The notes under the pieces were generated by a model that searched no databases, was not told the DNA's origin, and saw nothing but the letters and a program-made list of their open reading frames with translations. Positions 17,879-26,714 of a stretch of 31,247 bases of DNA are shown in pieces (within the stretch, counting starts at the first letter, position 1; each line of letters begins with the position of its first letter). The position numbers and the translations under genes are program-made. Location of the stretch: positions 1-31,247 of the forward strand of contig DAOVER010000032.1 of the NCBI GenBank assembly GCA_030668875.1, given 5' to 3'. Source of the stretch: Candidatus Heimdallarchaeota archaeon (lineage in GTDB: Archaea; Asgardarchaeota; Heimdallarchaeia; Heimdallarchaeales; Heimdallarchaeaceae).

Positions 17879-19126
17879 TTGCTAATAACAGCACAAAAGC
17901 CCTTAGAAGTTCAACCAAGAGACATGACAAACATCTTGAAATTTAAAGAGAAGAAGGAAATTACAGACATCAACGTTCGCAATAAACGCGTCCTTGTCCG
18001 AGTGGATTTCAATGTTCCTATGGATGAAGATGGCAACATAACTGATGATCGAAGAATAAGATATACACTTCCTACAATTTACTATCTTCTTAATGAAAAC
18101 TGTAAAATTATCATGATGTCGCATTGGGGTCGTCCTAAAGGAAAGATAGTCCCTTCATTAAAGATGGATGCAATTGCAAGAAGATTAAGAGAACTCCTTC
18201 CTCTTTACAGAATATATAAAGCTGATAGCTGTATAGGTAAGGAGGTTAAAGAACTCTCTAACAAACTCAATCAACAACAAATACTGCTATTAGAAAACAC
18301 TCGTTTTTATCCTGAAGAAGTTAAAAATGACGATGAATTCGCGCGAAACCTAGCTCTTCATGCTGATGTTTTTATTAACGATGCTTTTGCAACAGCTCAT
18401 AGGGAACATGCTAGCAACTGCGGAGTAGCTAAATATGTTGAGGAAAAGGGATATGGATTTTTAATGGCCAAAGAACTGAAATTCCTCTCTTCAACTATAG
18501 CTGAACCTCAACGTCCTTTGACTGCAATTATAGGGGGAGTAAAGATAGAAGATAAACTTCCAGCAATTAAGAATCTTATTGGTTTAGCTGATAATATTTT
18601 AATTGGAGGAGGGCTAACCTACACGGTCCTTCTAGCTCTAGGTTATGATGTTGGTAAGTCAGTCAGAGATCTCAACAAAGTAGAGATAGTAAAGCAATAT
18701 CTAGAAGAAGCTAAAAAAGTTGGAACAAGTATATACATACCAAGTGATGTTATTGTAACTGAAGATCTAAGGAGAATTGTTCCTGTAGAGACAGTTCCGA
18801 CAACTAATATTCAAAAGAATCAAATAGGAGCAGATATCGGTCCTCAAACCATCCAGGATTATAAGGAAGTCTTGATGAATTCAAAAGAAGTTCTTTGGAC
18901 AGGTCCGCTTGGAATATTCGAAACAAAGGAATTTGAGAAAGGAACTAGAGAGCTTGCACAATTTCTTGTAGAACAAAATATAACGACCTTTGTAGGTGGG
19001 GGAGACTCTGCAGCAGCATTTGAAAAGTTTGATTTCGAGAAGGATATCTCTTTTGTATCTACAGGTGGAGGAGCATCTCTCGCTGTAATGAAAGGAGAAC
19101 TTCTTCCAGCTATAGATTTTCTTTAA
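17879..19126 (+). CDS. pgk: Phosphoglycerate kinase
   Basis: RVDFNVPM, SHWGRPKG, LLENTRF, NDAFATAHR, GPLGIFE, GGGDS, STGGGASL. TTG start is 4 nt after AAGGTGA; alternative ATG at 17924. Confidence 0.97.
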   Translation: MLITAQKPLEVQPRDMTNILKFKEKKEITDINVRNKRVLVRVDFNVPMDEDGNITDDRRIRYTLPTIYYLLNENCKIIMMSHWGRPKGKIVPSLKMDAIARRLRELLPLYRIYKADSCIGKEVKELSNKLNQQQILLLENTRFYPEEVKNDDEFARNLALHADVFINDAFATAHREHASNCGVAKYVEEKGYGFLMAKELKFLSSTIAEPQRPLTAIIGGVKIEDKLPAIKNLIGLADNILIGGGLTYTVLLALGYDVGKSVRDLNKVEIVKQYLEEAKKVGTSIYIPSDVIVTEDLRRIVPVETVPTTNIQKNQIGADIGPQTIQDYKEVLMNSKEVLWTGPLGIFETKEFEKGTRELAQFLVEQNITTFVGGGDSAAAFEKFDFEKDISFVSTGGGASLAVMKGELLPAIDFL

Positions 19127-19462
19127 TTCTATCAAATTTCTATTCTTCGATTGTGTTTCTTCATGCCTTTTTGTGATGTTCCTTTCTATATTCAATTCGT
19201 GATTTCAGAACGAAAAGAAGGAATATATTGATTATCTATCACTATTAAAGGATAAAACTCAATGGAAGATTGCTACAAAAGTTTCTGCAATCAAAGAAAC
19301 AGATGTTTAACCCAAATTAATTACTAATTCTGTTAATTCTATTCAGTTACCTCAAGAGTAAGCTTGAAAAATGGATTAGGATTATTTTATCTATCTAGAA
19401 AGAGCATATCCCTCTCTTATTTCTGATAATACACAAGCTTGTAGGAAAAAGAAGGTGCCTTT

Positions 19463-21277
19463 ATGTCGACAAGAAAAATACTCAACGAAGTTCTTGATTT
19501 GATGGATGATATCCATAGAATCGTCAATAATGCCAATTGGAGTGATTATTCTGAAGTCAGGGTTAAGATTCTTGTTAACAGTAAAATGAATGAACTTAGG
19601 TACGTTCTAGGAGAACTCCCTGAGACTGATGTATTTAATTCTGAAGAAGCATCAACCTTTTTTGAGAAAATTCTAGATAAAATCACTCGAATCTTGGGAA
19701 ACCTACCCCAAGATAAAATGACTCTACAGTTTTATGAGTTAGAGATTTGGAGATTGAGATACGCGTCAATGTATGCTTTGCAATATGGTCAGGGAGGAGC
19801 TTTACAAGTAGCTGGAGCAGCTCATGCTTTAGCCAATGTCCTTATCGGCATTGAGACAATGGATGTTCAAGAACTGATTGTTGATTGGGATCATCCTGAA
19901 TTCGATAAAAGAAGAAAATTGATTCTTAATTATCTAAGTTCTGCTTATTTGTTCTTTTTTAGTTTATGTACATCATTAAACACTATCTATAAGCATGATT
20001 TAGAGCACTGGGTTTCAGAAGGTTTCAAGGCAAGTGCTCAATACATTCACTACATGGATGTCTTTTGGGATGTTCCAAAAAATATCGCACACTACAAGAA
20101 GACACACAGAAACGTTGCTGATCCCAATTATTCTCCATACTACGCAACATTTGCTGCAGTAGATTACATCATTACCTTTCTTCTAGATCTGCAGAAATTC
20201 TTTTTCAATGATAACGTTAAAATAGACAATTGCAAGGAGCTTGTCAACATAGCTGAACCAGAAGCGTTTTTTGAATCTATAGAAGATTTATTAGCAAAAG
20301 CAGAATATTACGTTACAGATTTTAAGAAACATGTCAATGAAGGCTTTTTCGATTTAAATGAAGATCCTTTCAATGATGGAGACATAAAAGAAACTATCTA
20401 CGAACTACAAGTGACAAAAGTATGGATAAAAGGACTAATTACACTCTATAGGGCAGTAATTAAAGATATACCCACTGAACTTCACATATTAGAGAACACA
20501 GTTATTCCAGAACTGTTCCAATATATTGACAAATATAAAGAGTTATTCACTAAGCCTGATTTCATCGAAAGCCAAATAGCAGATGGTATTAACTCAACAA
20601 TTATTGAAATTCTCCTTTTTGCAGGGGCAGCTACTGTAAAATCAAGGAAACGAAACCACATTGAAAAGATTGACAAGGATTATCATATGTTCTTTTCAGA
20701 AGATGGAATCAAACGTTATCCAATCCTAAATGGTCTTTATACAACCCTCAAAGTCACTTTAGATATTGCAGATGAAGACTACTCTAAATTGGAAGAGTAT
20801 GGTTACAGATTGAATAAATTATCAGATCTAACTCTGTATGAAGCTCGCAACTCTTTTGCTTTTGCTTTATTGGGAAATATGTTACTCCTATTAGAAGGGG
20901 AATTGAGCAAAGAAACATTTCTTCATGCAACAAAAGCAAAGTTTGAGGAACTCTTACCTTCATTTTCGGCATGTATAATTTCAGAAGTTGAAATCTATAT
21001 TTCAAACCTAGAATTAACTTTGAATGGAGAGTTAGCTTCATTCAACATGGGCAGATTGCTGTCACCAAAACATTATGATCCCTATTCAATTTTTGTTCCT
21101 GATATCTCAAAACTTGCCGTAGAAAGGAACTTAGGAGAATTAGTCTACATTCCCTTTAATCTTCAATCAGATTATTTAACCGATGCAGATTTCCAACTAG
21201 CGGAAATAATTGATATTACAACTGTAGAAAAAACTGATGCTACTGTAGAACCATCTGATACAACTTCAAACCCTTAA
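19463..21277 (+). CDS. Hypothetical, largely alpha-helical protein
   Basis: 604-aa ORF with host-like composition; GAAGGTG precedes the ATG; no motif recognised. Confidence 0.7.
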   Translation: MSTRKILNEVLDLMDDIHRIVNNANWSDYSEVRVKILVNSKMNELRYVLGELPETDVFNSEEASTFFEKILDKITRILGNLPQDKMTLQFYELEIWRLRYASMYALQYGQGGALQVAGAAHALANVLIGIETMDVQELIVDWDHPEFDKRRKLILNYLSSAYLFFFSLCTSLNTIYKHDLEHWVSEGFKASAQYIHYMDVFWDVPKNIAHYKKTHRNVADPNYSPYYATFAAVDYIITFLLDLQKFFFNDNVKIDNCKELVNIAEPEAFFESIEDLLAKAEYYVTDFKKHVNEGFFDLNEDPFNDGDIKETIYELQVTKVWIKGLITLYRAVIKDIPTELHILENTVIPELFQYIDKYKELFTKPDFIESQIADGINSTIIEILLFAGAATVKSRKRNHIEKIDKDYHMFFSEDGIKRYPILNGLYTTLKVTLDIADEDYSKLEEYGYRLNKLSDLTLYEARNSFAFALLGNMLLLLEGELSKETFLHATKAKFEELLPSFSACIISEVEIYISNLELTLNGELASFNMGRLLSPKHYDPYSIFVPDISKLAVERNLGELVYIPFNLQSDYLTDADFQLAEIIDITTVEKTDATVEPSDTTSNP

Positions 21278-21340
21278 AACAGAGCTTTCTTCTTATCTCA
21301 AATCTGAATATTTATCAACTGGAATTATTTTCCTTTGACC

Positions 21341-22390
21341 ATGTCTTTCGAGATCATTGATTTTATACCCAAAGAAGCAGATGAAAAGCTACTAGAAGCT
21401 TATTATGATTTTGCAGAAACATTGTTCAGGGAAACATATCCAACTGATCCATTAGTTCCAAGGGATCTTCATCACAAATTTTTATTGATGACTAAGACTG
21501 GGGAAAATGTAATTAGAAGATTGGTTCGCTCTGATATTTCCGGGAAGATTATTGGTCGGCTCTATCTAATGATTATTACTAAAGAAAACACAGGTTTTAA
21601 CGAAAACAAGCATTCAGCTGAAGTTTATATTAACGTTATCAAGAATCATAATTATGATACTATTTCACAAGAACTACTCAAAACTGCAATAGACGAGATG
21701 AAAAAATACGACTATGTTACTACAGCTGATACATGTAATTCTTTAGAAAGAGAATGGAAGTTTTGGGAAGGATTAGGAGCTAAATTGGCTTTAGAAGGCG
21801 CACAAAACAGATTGTTAGTCGAAGACATCGATTGGGATATGATAGAAAAGTGGAGACATGAAGGTCATAAACTTGCTGAGGTAGAACACGTTGATCTTTT
21901 CTCCTTTGAGAAATGTCCAGAGGAAATTATACAAGAATATACAACCACTTACAGCGAGATTATACGTTTAATTCCACTAGGTGAATTCGATTACATTCCT
22001 GAACCCACAACACCCTTCACAAGACGAGAAAAAGAAGAAAACTTAAGAAAAACAGGTTACGAGTGGCATACTTTAGCAACAAGAGAAAAAGATGGAGAAA
22101 TAAGTGGATTGACAGAGATTACTTATTCAAAATCTAGGCCCCATAAAGTAGATCAAGAGTTAACAGGAGTAAAACCCAAATATCGTGGAAGAGGTTTAGG
22201 TAAATGGATTAAGGCTGAGATGATGGTTTTCATAAAAAATAATTTTCCTGAAATTAAATATATATCAACTGGAAATGCAGATATGAATGCACCCATGCTT
22301 TCAATTAATGATCGAATGGGCTTCAAAAGTGTTCTAACTGAGAAGTGTTATACAATAAAGCTTGAAAAATTAGTGAAGGAACTGTTGTAA
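21341..22390 (+). CDS. Tandem-domain GNAT N-acetyltransferase (paralog 1)
   Basis: C-terminal domain TGVKPKYRGRGLGKWIK and TGNADMNAPMLSINDRMGF; N-terminal GNAT-like domain lacks a clear AcCoA motif. Confidence 0.88.
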   Translation: MSFEIIDFIPKEADEKLLEAYYDFAETLFRETYPTDPLVPRDLHHKFLLMTKTGENVIRRLVRSDISGKIIGRLYLMIITKENTGFNENKHSAEVYINVIKNHNYDTISQELLKTAIDEMKKYDYVTTADTCNSLEREWKFWEGLGAKLALEGAQNRLLVEDIDWDMIEKWRHEGHKLAEVEHVDLFSFEKCPEEIIQEYTTTYSEIIRLIPLGEFDYIPEPTTPFTRREKEENLRKTGYEWHTLATREKDGEISGLTEITYSKSRPHKVDQELTGVKPKYRGRGLGKWIKAEMMVFIKNNFPEIKYISTGNADMNAPMLSINDRMGFKSVLTEKCYTIKLEKLVKELL

Positions 22391-22611
22391 TTTCTTTTTC
22401 TACTTAAATTTATACCCAGATTCACCTCCAGAATTTCAACTTGATAACTTAAATGACATGGTTACTTTGCGATATTATATGGATAAATTACAGAATCTAG
22501 AATGTAGATCCTTTACCATTTTACGATCCGCATAAAAGCTGGGTGATTGAAAAATTAAAAAATAAAGTGAATTAATAGTGATAGAGAGAAATAGAAAAAC
22601 AGAATAAACAA

Positions 22612-23606
22612 TTAGGCTTTCAAAGGTGATTCTACTTCCAGATCATCCCATTTTCCGCATCGGCTACCCCATCTTGCAATTAATTCATCATTCTGTCTTA
22701 TTTCAACAATTTCACAAACATTAGGACACCGTCACACTCAAACCCTCGAGAGTTAAACTTCTGATCAGGTATGTCCCATCCATAAAATTTGGATGTGCCT
22801 CCAAGCTTCTGCATAGTTTCTTGAGCAAGAATAGCAGCTCCAATAGCACCCATTACATCATAGTGTTTAGGAATAATCACTTTGTGGCCAAAAGTATTCT
22901 CAAAAGATTCTTTTATTCCAAGATTTGCAGCAACTCCACCTTGAAACATTATTGGGGCAAGTATTTCCTTTCCTTTCCCTACATTATTAAGATAATTCCT
23001 GACTAAAGCTTCAGAGAGCCCTTTGATGATATCATTTGTTGGATGTCCTAATTGTTGCTTGTGAACCATATCACTTTCTGCAAAAACTGTGCATCTTCCA
23101 GCAATTGCCACAGCATTGTTGGATTTGAGAGCGCAAGCACCAAATTCTTCTATAGGGACATTCAATCGCCTAGCTTGTTGATCAAGAAAAGAACCTGTTC
23201 CAGCTGCACAAACTGTATTCATAGCAAAATCTACTGCAACACCATTTCTTATGATGATGATTTTACTATCTTGACCACCTATTTCAATAATTGTTTGAAT
23301 ATCTGTCCTTTCATTTAACGAAGCTAATGCATGAGCAGTAATTTCATTTCGCACAATATCAGCTCCAACGAGGACACCTGTTAAACGTCTAGCACTCCCT
23401 GTAGCTCCAGCTCCTGCAATTTCATAATGTTTTCCAAGTTTTTCTCTCATTAGTTGGATACCTTTTTGTACAGATTGAATTGGTTTTCCTTCAGTTCTAA
23501 TATAGACTGACTCAATTACGTCTCTTTCTTCATTGATCAATGCAATATTAGTACTAATAGATCCTACATCGACTCCAAGATAATATTTTTTTACTGATTC
23601 GGTCAT
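22612..23606 (-). pseudogene. Acyl-CoA dehydratase activase (BadF/BadG/BcrA/BcrD, HgdC-like ATPase), frameshifted near the C-terminus
   Basis: GVDVGSIST, EITAH, IEIGGQDSK, CAAGTGSF, GRCTVF, QGGVAAN. One base is missing near 22728; the other frame continues CPNVCEIVEI...RWGSRCGKW...PLKA to a stop at 22612. Confidence 0.8.
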
Positions 23607-23735
23607 TTAATTCGACTCCATTTTTCTTCTTTTTAATAAATCTACAAATGCTTCCAATCTTGTTCGAAATCTTACTTTTCTTGTATGTGTATTTTCTACG
23701 AATGAGAGGATAAGATTACTATGTTCCCTTCTAAC
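23607..23735 (-). pseudogene. C-terminal remnant of a 2-hydroxyacyl-CoA dehydratase/DUF2229-type partner gene
   Basis: Translates to VRREHSNLILSFVENTHTRKVRFRTRLEAFVDLLKRRKMESN-stop directly before the activase ATG. TRLEAFxDLL is the typical C-terminus of these proteins. In-frame stop at 23736-23738; no intact start. Confidence 0.7.
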
Positions 23736-23915
23736 TTAAAGAGTAATACTCCCATAAAAATTTTCAACTATAGATAATAAATAATTTAGGAGTAGTGAAA
23801 AAAAACCTACCTCATAATCTTCACAATTGGAATAGAGAACCACAATATGAATATGATGAGCTGCTTAATCTGTTGAAGCAAGATTTATATCTTAATTTAC
23901 AGTTAATATTTTATC

Positions 23916-25832
23916 TTGAATGATACAACTCCAAAGTATAAAGGGTATAGAAATCAGGTTTTGGTTATAGATTTAACAAAAAATAAAATTGAAAAAAAGG
24001 TGCTAGACCTCTCTCTTGTTGAAAATTATCTAGGTGGACGAGGTATAGCGATCAAATATCTTTTTGATAATCTTGAACAAGGTATTGATCCGCTTAGCCC
24101 TGAAAACATTCTTGTAATAGGCACAGGTCCGCTTACAGGAACTTTGGCCCCATCTTCAAATCGCTATACTATTGCAGCGAAATCCCCGTTAACTGGAGGA
24201 ATAGGTTATGCAAACGCAGGTGGTCATTTTGCTCCTGAGCTAGCTTACGCTGGTTATGACGCTATTTTCATCCATGGAAAAGCAGAGACACCCGTATATA
24301 TTCAAATTGAGGATGATATTGTTAAGATTCAAGATGCTCAACATCTCTGGGGAAAAGATGTTTGGGAGACAGATGAGTATTTTAGAGAAAAACTTGGGGA
24401 ACAAATACAAATCTTATCTATTGGTCAAGGAGGAGAAAATCTTGTCCGTTATGCTGCTATTCTAAACAACCTCTCCCGGGCAGCTGCAAGAACAGGTGTT
24501 GGAGCTGTGATGGGTTCCAAAAATCTTAAAGCAATAACAGTTCAAGGCACAGGTGTTGTAGAAGTTAATGAAGCTGATAAGTTTGACGAATTAATTGATG
24601 AAACCTTAGAGAAAATATATGCTGATCCTGCTTACCCTAGTTTATCATATTATGGGACATCTTTTCTCGTAGATCTTGCATTTATAAGTGGTGGATTATC
24701 TACGAGGAATCACCAAACAGGAATTTTTGAACACTATGAAGAGATATCAGCAGAAGCCTTTGATGAAAAATATAGAATAAAATCTGAAAGTTGTTTTGCA
24801 TGTCCAATTCATTGTGGAAAATACTCCAAAGTAACTACAGGAAAATATGCAGGTACAAAAGGAGGCAGCCCTGAATATGAAACAGTCGTTTGTTTAGGCT
24901 CCAAGTGTGGTGTAGGGAATCTTGCTGCAATACATCATGCAAATGAACTTTGTAATAAATATGGTATAGACACTATTTCTACAGGAGATGTCATTGCTTT
25001 TGCAATGGAAGCATATGAAAAGGGAGTGTTGACAAAAGAAGATACTGATGGATTGGAACTTGAATGGGGAAATGAGGATACAATGATAGAGCTGATAAAA
25101 AAAATCGCTCATAGAGATGGTGTAGGTGATTTACTAGCAGAAGGATCCAAGAGAATAGCAGCAAAAATCAATAAAGGTTCTGAAGATTATGCTCATCATA
25201 TAAAGGGGATGGAACCACCTGCATACGATGTAAGAACAGCTAAAGCATTTGGATTGGGATGGGCTACAGCTACAAGAGGAGCAGACCATTTAGCTGCTTT
25301 ACCAAATTTCGAACTACTCGGATACGAACCTGAAATTGGTGTTGAGTGGTTCGGATCAGAAAAGGCAGTTGATCCCCATGCGTGGGAAAGTAAACCTCGT
25401 ATGGTAGTCTGGCATGAAAACTTAGGTGCTATTGTAGATTCAGCTGAAATGTGTAAATACACCTGTTTCTCAGCATATGCTGTGAAACCAGAAGATATGG
25501 CTAGATTTATTGCATATAGTACAGGGATGGATATGAATGCTGAGAATCTTATGAGGATAGGAGAAAGAATCTACAATTTAGAAAGATTGTTCAATTTAAG
25601 AGAAGGGATAGGAAAAGATCAAGATAGATTACCAAAAAGATTTACTGATGAGCCTCTACCAGAAGGTCCTGCTAAAGGGCAAGTTGTAGAACTGGATAAA
25701 ATGTTGCCTGATTATTATAAACTCCGAGGATGGAATTGGGAAACAGGATATCCTACAAAAGAGAAATTGCAGGAACTTGGATTGTTAGAAGAAGCAGAGA
25801 AGTATAATTTAGTATCAAGGGGGAATGAATGA
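23916..25832 (+). CDS. aor: Tungsten-dependent aldehyde:ferredoxin oxidoreductase family, catalytic subunit
   Basis: YLGGRG, KSPLTGG, GAVMGSKNLKAI, CFACPIHC (CxxCxxxC), PEYET, YGIDTISTG, TRGADH, DSAEMCKY, DRLPKRF. TTG start; TATA-like TTTATAT about 26 nt upstream. Confidence 0.93.
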   Translation: MNDTTPKYKGYRNQVLVIDLTKNKIEKKVLDLSLVENYLGGRGIAIKYLFDNLEQGIDPLSPENILVIGTGPLTGTLAPSSNRYTIAAKSPLTGGIGYANAGGHFAPELAYAGYDAIFIHGKAETPVYIQIEDDIVKIQDAQHLWGKDVWETDEYFREKLGEQIQILSIGQGGENLVRYAAILNNLSRAAARTGVGAVMGSKNLKAITVQGTGVVEVNEADKFDELIDETLEKIYADPAYPSLSYYGTSFLVDLAFISGGLSTRNHQTGIFEHYEEISAEAFDEKYRIKSESCFACPIHCGKYSKVTTGKYAGTKGGSPEYETVVCLGSKCGVGNLAAIHHANELCNKYGIDTISTGDVIAFAMEAYEKGVLTKEDTDGLELEWGNEDTMIELIKKIAHRDGVGDLLAEGSKRIAAKINKGSEDYAHHIKGMEPPAYDVRTAKAFGLGWATATRGADHLAALPNFELLGYEPEIGVEWFGSEKAVDPHAWESKPRMVVWHENLGAIVDSAEMCKYTCFSAYAVKPEDMARFIAYSTGMDMNAENLMRIGERIYNLERLFNLREGIGKDQDRLPKRFTDEPLPEGPAKGQVVELDKMLPDYYKLRGWNWETGYPTKEKLQELGLLEEAEKYNLVSRGNE

Positions 25833-26329
25833 TGACTGAACAACTTGTCAAGAGACGTATCTTTGCACAAAAGGAAAAGTGTAATGGATGTCGAATATGT
25901 GAATTGAGATGCTCATTTTATCATGAAAAACTATATGCTCCATCACATTCTAGAATTAGGGTAAAAAAGGTAGAAATAGAAGGGACAACCATCCCTGAAA
26001 CTTGTAGGTTATGCTATAAGTGCATTGAATCATGCCCAGAAGGTGCAATATCAAAGTCAGAGATAACAGGGGCGATACAAATTGATGAACAGAAATGTAC
26101 TGGTTGTGAAGAGTGTGTGAAAGCTTGTCCTTTTGGAGTTATGCACATGCATCCAGTTTCTAATATTGCCATGACTTGTGATCTATGCGATGGAGACCCT
26201 CAATGCGTGAGATATTGCCCTGAAGAAGCTTTACATTATATGACAGCCAAAGAATTTGTTGAATTTAGGAAAAAAGAAAAAGAAAATATTGAAGCTGGTC
26301 GAATTCCAAAGCATTCCCCAATACCATAG
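25829..26329 (+). CDS. Multi-[4Fe-4S] ferredoxin-like subunit (DmsB/CooF/AorA type)
   Basis: Four Cys clusters (CNGCRICELRC, CRLCYKCIESCP, CTGCEECVKACP, CDLCDGDPQCVRYCP); ATGA overlap with the aor stop. Confidence 0.92.
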   Translation: MMTEQLVKRRIFAQKEKCNGCRICELRCSFYHEKLYAPSHSRIRVKKVEIEGTTIPETCRLCYKCIESCPEGAISKSEITGAIQIDEQKCTGCEECVKACPFGVMHMHPVSNIAMTCDLCDGDPQCVRYCPEEALHYMTAKEFVEFRKKEKENIEAGRIPKHSPIP

Positions 26330-26344
26330 TGAAAAATAATCTTT

Positions 26345-26557
26345 CTACCCACCAGCTATTGCTGGCATAAGTACAAACATGTCGTCATCTTTTAATTTTG
26401 TTTGAAACCCATCCAGTAAATTGATGTTTCTTCCATTCACAATGATTCGGTAGAAAGATCTTATTTTTCCTAATTCATCAAACAATTCATCCCTCAACTC
26501 TTTACCATATTCCGTAAAAAGTTTATCAAGCAAATCCTCCACAGATTCAGCTTCCAT
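26345..26557 (-). CDS. moaD: MoaD/ThiS/SAMP ubiquitin-like sulfur carrier; 5' end uncertain or damaged
   Basis: RIIVNGRNI...TKLKDDD...PAIAGG C-terminal di-Gly. The frame continues upstream without ATG to 26617 (QKFIITFANIKKIIGKKQFI) and is then closed by TGA inside the left inverted repeat. Confidence 0.8.
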   Translation of the reverse strand: MEAESVEDLLDKLFTEYGKELRDELFDELGKIRSFYRIIVNGRNINLLDGFQTKLKDDDMFVLMPAIAGG

Positions 26558-26598
26558 TATGAACTGTTTTTTACCTATTATTTTCTTGATATTAGCAA

Positions 26599-26633
26599 AA
26601 GTTATAATAAATTTTTGTCATGTTGTCATATTA
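26599..26633 (-). repeat. Left inverted repeat of the tnpB element
   Basis: Minus strand TAATATGACAACATGACAAAAATTTATTATAACTT; 30/35 identical to 28009-28043, and the inner 22 nt are 21/22 identical. Confidence 0.85.
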
Positions 26634-26714
26634 ACTACCATTATATCAGTTTAAATGGACAGTCTTGAGTAAATATTACGGGAGTTTTTATAAGAATCTC
26701 TAGGTAAAGAAGAG

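Noticed and set aside
19203-19310. Protein-like frame FQNEKKEYIDYLSLLKDKTQWKIATKVSAIKETDV in the pgk-downstream gap
   Set aside because: No start codon, preceded by a stop, only 35 codons and no family recognised. It could be a gene remnant, but that is unsupported.
15981-21311. ATATTCAG/CTGAATAT half-sites upstream of the 261-aa gene (15981) and GNAT1 (21304)
   Set aside because: The 8-mer also occurs inside coding DNA in this window and is expected by chance in AT-rich sequence; neither is a full palindrome.
22404-22575. Two abutting protein-like frames (LYPDSPPEFQLDNLNDMVTLRYYMDKLQNL / VDPLPFYDPHKSWVIEKLKNKVN)
   Set aside because: Would need a frameshift, lacks a start and matches nothing I recognise; worth a TBLASTX only.
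23795-23923. 42-codon GTG-started ORF overlapping the aor start
   Set aside because: The AGGAG is only 2 nt from the GTG, the region more simply holds the aor TATA box, and there is no homology evidence.
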